IMG/VR virus record: IMGVR_UViG_648276668_000008
Location: 1-11,405 of that record
Direction: 5' to 3' (one strand)
DNA length: 11,405 nt
Origin: a virus
Taxonomy: Duplodnaviria; Heunggongvirae; Uroviricota; Caudoviricetes
The notes under the pieces were generated by a model. That model searched no databases and was not told the DNA's origin. It saw nothing but the letters and a program-made list of their open reading frames with translations. The translations under genes and the position numbers were made by a program. Positions 7,094-11,405 of the stretch are shown in pieces. Numbering within the stretch: the stretch's first letter is position 1; each line of letters begins with the position of its first letter.

Positions 7094-7431
7094 CAGCACA
7101 GATAGCGGCTTACGGGCGGCTGGTGGCTGACCCGCAGTTAAAGACCACCAGCAAGGGTACACAAATGACGATGGCTAGTATGGCGGTCCCCCTTCCGTGC
7201 AGCCAGGCAGATGACGGAACGGCGACGATGTGGTTATCCGTCCTGGCGTTTGGCAGACAGGCCGACGCACTGGCAAAACACCACAAAGGCGAACTGGTGA
7301 GCGTGGCGGGTAACATGCAGGTAAGCCAGTGGACAGGCCAGAACGGCGAAACGCGGCAGGGCTGGCAGGTTATCGCAGACAGTGTAATCAGTGCCAGAAC
7401 GGCGCGACCGGGCGGCAAAAAAGGTCAATAG
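7090..7431 (+). CDS. Single-stranded DNA-binding protein-like (OB fold only, no acidic C-terminal tail)
   Basis: 113 aa. GRLVADPQLKTTSKG...WLSVLAFGRQAD...GELVSVAGNMQVSQWTGQNGETRQGWQVIADSV parallels E. coli SSB GNLGQDPEVRY...WHRVVLFGKLAE...[22 protein letters not shown] (from memory). Confidence 0.7.
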   Translation: MTAQIAAYGRLVADPQLKTTSKGTQMTMASMAVPLPCSQADDGTATMWLSVLAFGRQADALAKHHKGELVSVAGNMQVSQWTGQNGETRQGWQVIADSVISARTARPGGKKGQ

Positions 7432-7529
7432 GGCCAGGCTACTGACGCACTGAACAGGGCAAAACAACAGTCGGGGAATGATGATCCGTACGGCGATAAT
7501 ATACCGTTTTAAATTCTGCAAATAAAAAA

Positions 7530-7558
7530 ATGCCGGAAGAAAATAGATTTTCCGGCAT
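7530..7558 (-). terminator. Terminator-like hairpin with a U-run only on the minus-strand side
   Basis: 9-bp stem ATGCCGGAA (7530-7538) / TTCCGGCAT (7550-7558), 11-nt loop. On the minus strand it is followed by TTTTTTTATTT (complement of 7519-7529); on the plus strand no T-run follows. Confidence 0.4.
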
Positions 7559-7729
7559 GCTACATAAATCCCGACCAAAGGAAGTAAATACATTAACACG
7601 AATTATCAGCACTGAAGTTGTCACGGCAGATTTTATACAACATTGCACTTGGTTGCATGTATTCGCATAGCAAATATCGGTGATAGCATATATCCACAAT
7701 TATTTTTAATGAATGCAAAGAGGATGCGT

Positions 7730-8770
7730 ATGGTTGATTTATATTCGCCTGCCCAGCTTGTGCAGGTGGCTAATGCTGAAGATGTGCAAAAAAAATTAAA
7801 TGCGTTGTTTACCAGTTTGTTTTTCACTCGCTCGGTAATGTTTGAATCGAGAGACATTATTCTTGATACGATCGACGATCCAAATATCCCGATCGCGGCG
7901 TTTTGCTCTCCTATGGTGGGCAGTAAGGTTTCACGAGATGAGGGATACGAATCAAAAACAATTCGCCCTGGCTATATGAAACCGAAAAGCAGCATTGATC
8001 CAAATAAGTTAGCTGTGCGCCCTGCTGGTGTGTCACCTGAGCAATACAATGCTTTTGGGGCGCGTAATATTAAAGTTAAACAGGCGATTGTAAATCAGGC
8101 TAAAGCTATTCGTGCACGTATTGAATGGCTTGCTGTTCAGGCAATCACAACGGGGAAAAATATCATTGAGGGCGATGGTATTGAACGTTATGAGCTGGAC
8201 TGGAATATAAAACCACAAAATATTATCACGCAGTCTGGCGGTGCTGAGTGGTCAGGTAAGGATAAAGAAACTTTTGATCCAAATGATGATATTGAGAGCT
8301 ACGCAGAATTTAGTGAGGGCGTCACTAATATCATCATTATGGGCGGTAATGTATGGAAGAAATACCGTTCATTCAGAGCGATAAAAGAGGCTCTGGATAC
8401 CCGTCGTGGTTCTAATTCCGAACTGGAAACGGCCCTTAAAGACCTTGGTGATTCGGTGAGTTTTAAAGGGTATATGGGCGATGTTGCGATTGTTGTTTAC
8501 AGCGGACGTTATACCGACGAGGACGGAACTGAAAAACATTTCCTTGATCCTGATTTGATGGTGCTTGGCAATACGGCTCTTCAGGGGATTGTCGCCTATG
8601 GCGGTATTCAGGATCCGGAGCTAATCCGAATGGGGCTGACTAAAGCCGAACTTGCACCGAAAAACTATATTGTGCCTGGTGATCCGGCTATTGAGTACGT
8701 ACAAACGCACTCTGCACCACAGCCAATACCGGCCCGCATCAATCGTTTTGTTACCGTTCGCATTGGCTAA
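7730..8770 (+). CDS. Major capsid protein, lambda gpE-like
   Basis: 346 aa from ATG 7730 (AAGAGG 6 nt upstream; frame open from 7643). Blocks ITQSGGAEWSGKDKETFDPNDDIESYA and LDTRRGSNSELETALKDLGDSVSFKGYMGDVAIVVYSGRY parallel lambda gpE (ITQSGGTEWSKRDKSTYDPTDDIEAYA; LDTRRGSNSELETAVKDLGKAVSYKGMYGDVAIVVYSGQY). Length is similar to gpE. Confidence 0.9.
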   Translation: MVDLYSPAQLVQVANAEDVQKKLNALFTSLFFTRSVMFESRDIILDTIDDPNIPIAAFCSPMVGSKVSRDEGYESKTIRPGYMKPKSSIDPNKLAVRPAGVSPEQYNAFGARNIKVKQAIVNQAKAIRARIEWLAVQAITTGKNIIEGDGIERYELDWNIKPQNIITQSGGAEWSGKDKETFDPNDDIESYAEFSEGVTNIIIMGGNVWKKYRSFRAIKEALDTRRGSNSELETALKDLGDSVSFKGYMGDVAIVVYSGRYTDEDGTEKHFLDPDLMVLGNTALQGIVAYGGIQDPELIRMGLTKAELAPKNYIVPGDPAIEYVQTHSAPQPIPARINRFVTVRIG

Positions 8771-8779
8771 GGGGGAGCA

Positions 8780-9121
8780 ATGGCTACTCATTACACTGAA
8801 CTCATGTCTGGCACTGAAGCACTGGTTACTACGCTGGGGATATTTTCAGCCAATAAAGGGATAATACCTGCGTTTACGCCACTGATGCAGGAAGATGCAA
8901 CTGGTGCGCTAGTGGTATGGGATGGAACGAGCGCAGGCAAAGCGGTTTATGTTTCCGCTGTACAAATCGACACAGCGAAAAAAACACAGGCACAGGTTTA
9001 TAAGACAGGTGTTTTAAATGTTGATGCTCTGAACTGGCCTGAGTCTGTAAAAGAACTGTCGGCAAAGGTTGCCGCGTTTGTTGGCTCAGGTATTTCTGTT
9101 CAGCCGCTGGCTCGTGTGTAA
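8780..9121 (+). CDS. Head decoration protein, lambda gpD-like
   Basis: 113 aa, AAGGGGGAG upstream. TPLMQEDATGALVVWDGTSAGKAV...YKTGVLNVDALNWPE...AAFVGSGISVQ parallels lambda gpD ([24 protein letters not shown]...YKSG...LWPE...AFAGTAISIV). Immediately follows the gpE-like gene. Confidence 0.85.
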   Translation: MATHYTELMSGTEALVTTLGIFSANKGIIPAFTPLMQEDATGALVVWDGTSAGKAVYVSAVQIDTAKKTQAQVYKTGVLNVDALNWPESVKELSAKVAAFVGSGISVQPLARV

Positions 9122-9132
9122 AGGGGGATACA

Positions 9133-9516
9133 ATGCAGAATCATTACAATGACCTTAAGCCAATTGCCGAAATGATGTATCCGGATCCAGCAGTAGAGGA
9201 ATTAAAGGCTATTGCTGACAAAATGCGTTTAAGTGAACGCCTTGTTGATATGAATCAGGTGATGGAAATTACTACCCTTAGCCGTCGCACATTGCTAAAC
9301 CTTGAGGCTCGCGGAGAGTTCCCCGAACGCGTACAGGTTACGGAAGGGCGTAAGGCCTGGTATTTAAGCGAAGTGATCGACTGGATAAACAATATTCCTC
9401 GCGCTTCTGAATATTGCCGCGTACCTGTCCCAAAAAAGCCAGATGCGGCGCTATGCCTCAAGATTGAGCGTGTACGCCGCAATGCACGGGATGGTCGCTA
9501 TAAGTTGATTGGTTGA
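9133..9516 (+). CDS. AlpA-family transcriptional regulator (HTH) with an N-terminal extension
   Basis: 127 aa, AAGGGGGA upstream. VDMNQVMEITTLSRRTLLNLEARGEFPERVQVTEGRKAWYLSEVIDWI fits the AlpA-type HTH pattern. Confidence 0.8.
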   Translation: MQNHYNDLKPIAEMMYPDPAVEELKAIADKMRLSERLVDMNQVMEITTLSRRTLLNLEARGEFPERVQVTEGRKAWYLSEVIDWINNIPRASEYCRVPVPKKPDAALCLKIERVRRNARDGRYKLIG

Positions 9517-9572
9517 TGAAATTAGGGCCCGTTCTGGCTGGCGGGTCCTTTCCGGCGATCCGGTAGGCTACG

Positions 9573-9614
9573 GGGCGGCGACCTCGCGGGTTTTCGCTAT
9601 TTATGAGCATTTTC
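9573..9614. other. cos site: lambda-type cosN (12-nt cohesive end GGGCGGCGACCT) with adjacent conserved sequence
   Basis: 9573-9606 matches the left end of phage lambda as I recall it for 34 of 34 nt (GGGCGGCGACCTCGCGGGTTTTCGCTATTTATGA), and 40 of 42 through 9614, then diverges. It lies ~120 bp upstream of the Nu1-like gene, the same arrangement as lambda cos-Nu1. Confidence 0.8.
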
Positions 9615-9732
9615 AGGGGGCTGGTGGTGGTTTTGTTGTTCGCTCTATCTCTATGAATAAGAAGAGAAAAATACAATCAATACACCAACCTGAAACAGTA
9701 ATTAAGTTGTGGTATCAATGAAATTGCACCTG

Positions 9733-10260
9733 ATGAACAAAAAAAACATGGCAAAAAGTTGCCGTGTAAGCGCCACTGCGTTTGATAAGTGGGGAGTGAT
9801 TCCCGTCGAGCGTAAGGGCCGTGAGGCATTCTATGATGTTGCCAGTGTAATAGATAATCGGGTTAACAATGCAATTAGCCAGATTACAAACGAAACGGGC
9901 GATATTGATGACGATGAACTTTTACGCGTCAGGATCAGATTACTGACAGCACAGGCAGAGGCGCAGGAGCTTAAAAACGAGCGCGAACGCGGCGACGTTA
10001 TTGATACAGAGTTTTGTATGTATGTTCTTTCCAAACTGGCGAGTCAGATTTCATCTATCATGGACAGCCTGCCGCTTACCATGCAAAGGCGCTTCCCACA
10101 GATGACTCCGGCTATGCTGGATGGACTTAAAAAGGAAGTGGCTAAAGCCTGTAATGCCAGTGCCGGAGTTGACGACAACCTCCCGCAGATACTGGCTGAT
10201 TACCTGATGGAAACTACCGGAAATGTGCCGGATAAGTTGCAGCCGAATAAAGACAAGTAA
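9733..10260 (+). CDS. Terminase small subunit, lambda Nu1-like
   Basis: 175 aa from ATG 9733 (frame open from GTG 9709). RLLTAQAEAQELKNERERGDVIDTEFCMYVLSKLASQISSIMDSLPLTMQRRFPQ parallels lambda Nu1 RLTRAQADAQELKNARDSAEVVETAFCTFVLSRIAGEIASILDGLPLSVQRRFPE. The N-terminal region (NKKNMAKSCRVSATAFDKW) also aligns with the Nu1 N-terminus. Confidence 0.85.
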   Translation: MNKKNMAKSCRVSATAFDKWGVIPVERKGREAFYDVASVIDNRVNNAISQITNETGDIDDDELLRVRIRLLTAQAEAQELKNERERGDVIDTEFCMYVLSKLASQISSIMDSLPLTMQRRFPQMTPAMLDGLKKEVAKACNASAGVDDNLPQILADYLMETTGNVPDKLQPNKDK

Positions 10261-10271
10261 CGTAGCGCACT

Positions 10272-10556
10272 ATGACAGAATCTGAATTGCTGGGATTAAT
10301 CCGCCGCGTTACCGGAATCAAACAACCATCAAGCAAACAGGAGGCCACGCAGCCGGACAGCGTGATAGCCGAAAATTACGCGCGTGTGGTGGCTGAGATG
10401 ATGCGCCGTGACGGTATCGAGCTTAACGGCGTGGATATGCGCGACATACGGATCAGAGTCCTTGAGTTGCTGGCATACCGTCGCCGTTCTCAACAACGGA
10501 GGGAGAGCGCGAAAAATACTTACCAGTGGAGGAAGCCGGAACGGTTGCGGCGGTAG
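10272..10556 (+). CDS. Hypothetical basic protein downstream of the small terminase gene; possible packaging accessory
   Basis: 94-aa ORF with an Arg-rich C-terminus and weak RBS. Sits where a large terminase would be expected, but is far too small to be one. Confidence 0.5.
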   Translation: MTESELLGLIRRVTGIKQPSSKQEATQPDSVIAENYARVVAEMMRRDGIELNGVDMRDIRIRVLELLAYRRRSQQRRESAKNTYQWRKPERLRR

Positions 10557-11345
10557 ATTCCTGATATTCAGGAAAACCACGAATCTGTGGGGTTTACTGG
10601 CGCGGTTACGGCGGTGACACGCACCGAGGCAGAACAATTACCGTAGGTTAAAGCGACAGTATTCACACCAAAGGCAGAAATTAGCGGTTAACGTAACTGA
10701 CTGATATTTTCGGGAACAGCCAACGGCTGAGGCCGGAGCTATAAAAATAGCTTTGGGTACAGTCCTCAGTTTTGAGGGATGTTAACCAACTGAATAATAA
10801 GCAAAGCTCAAAATTGAGTTTTGTATCTGCCTGAGTTATTTCTGTGCTAACTTGCTGATATTCCCGATAACGCAAAATTGCGTTGGCTGGTGGGTGAGTT
10901 GCAGATCTGCAACTCGACCATGAAATTACGGAAACTACCCGTAGTTTGGGTAGTAAGAGCAACACCCAGATTTTGGGGCTTACTCGCGATACCCAAATAC
11001 AGGGGATCGGTGGAAGAAATATCGTTTCTCATATGTGAGTACCGAGGGCGGAATTCCGCCTTCGGTTACTTATTGTGCTCATGCACAGGGAGGGGCGGGT
11101 CAAATCTCTGTACCCTGACGTCTTCCGGACTGCCAGCCCCATCGATTTTTTATACCCGCGAAAAATGAAAAACGCTTCACGCTGGTGGGTCTGATGCCGA
11201 TATGGGGATCCACATAACGGATTATCCGTGATCATCGACCAGCTATCATGTCGGATAGTTAAAGTTTCATGACAGGTATGATGTTGCGTAACTTGTTGTT
11301 TTTATACCTGCTTATACTCTGTCACGGTATCCTATAGGTATCCTA

Positions 11346-11383
11346 GAAAAAACGAAGGGGTCACGCTGTTAACGTAACCCCTT
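11346..11383 (-). terminator. Rho-independent terminator for the minus-strand tRNA
   Basis: Minus-strand hairpin AAGGGGT-(15 nt)-ACCCCTT (11355-11383) followed by CGTTTTTTCT; begins 8 nt downstream of the tRNA CCA end. Confidence 0.65.
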
Positions 11384-11391
11384 GATAGATA

Positions 11392-11405
11392 TGGTGGCCC
11401 CTGTT
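11392..11405 (-). tRNA. 3' end of a tRNA gene, truncated by the window edge; integration target
   Basis: Reverse complement of 11392-11405 is AACAGGGGCCACCA, which differs at two positions from the CCA end of the 467-511 repeat (AGCAAGGGCCACCA). A terminator follows on the minus strand. Confidence 0.5.

Larger units (their letters stand above)
467..11405. mobile_element. Integrated phage satellite (PICI/P4-like chromosomal island), ~10.9 kb; the target tRNA continues past the window edge
   Basis: tRNA 3'-end direct repeats at 467-511 and 11392-11405; integrase next to the left repeat; AlpA/Xis HTH genes, Icd-like gene, P4-alpha-like primase, iteron origin, cos site, small terminase and capsid genes between them. 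Confidence 0.8.

Noticed and set aside
7110-7857. Minus-strand ORFs 7110..7418, 7234..7599, 7439..7699, 7633..7857
   Set aside because: Antisense to the SSB-like and capsid genes or running through the terminator-like hairpin; no RBS and no recognisable protein features.
8033-9065. ORFs 8033..8218 (-), 8652..8864 (+) and 8874..9065 (-) within the capsid and decoration genes
   Set aside because: Nested or antisense within genes that have strong homology-based support.
9255-10034. ORFs 9255..9482 (-), 9458..9676 (-), 9509..9721 (+), 9831..10034 (-)
   Set aside because: They overlap the AlpA-like gene, the cos site or the small terminase gene; the cos-spanning frames most likely reflect GC-rich non-coding DNA.
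10329-11235. ORFs in the right-end region (10329..10637 -, 10408..10617 +, 10681..10965 -, 10847..11032 -, 10878..11168 +, 11029..11235 -)
   Set aside because: Mutually overlapping, no RBS, and translations run through palindromes and hairpins; the region is more plausibly non-coding regulatory or RNA-encoding.
9733-11345. Search for a large terminase, portal or head protease elsewhere in the element
   Set aside because: No ORF of suitable size (over 400 aa) remains unassigned between the att repeats; the only large ORFs are the integrase and the primase.

Overview
Nearly the whole window is one integrated phage satellite (PICI/P4-like island, about 10.9 kb) inserted at the 3' end of a minus-strand tRNA whose gene runs off the right edge. 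It is bounded by an imperfect ~45-nt tRNA 3'-end repeat at 467-511 and the tRNA CCA end at 11392. Gene order, all on + except one small regulator: P4-type integrase; AT-rich cargo ORF; excisionase/AlpA-type HTH; minus-strand RHH-like regulator beside palindromic operators; Icd-like protein; two small ORFs; P4-alpha-like primase/replicase; iteron origin; small ORF; SSB-like protein; lambda gpE-like major capsid protein; gpD-like decoration protein; AlpA-family regulator; lambda-type cosN; Nu1-like small terminase; small basic ORF; then ~0.8 kb of hairpin-rich non-coding DNA. The main candidate for a previously undescribed system is this satellite's partial head module: it carries its own capsid shell, decoration protein, small terminase and cos site but no portal, protease/scaffold or large terminase, implying a selective hijack of a lambdoid helper. 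All homology calls are from reading the translations against remembered reference sequences; no searches were run.
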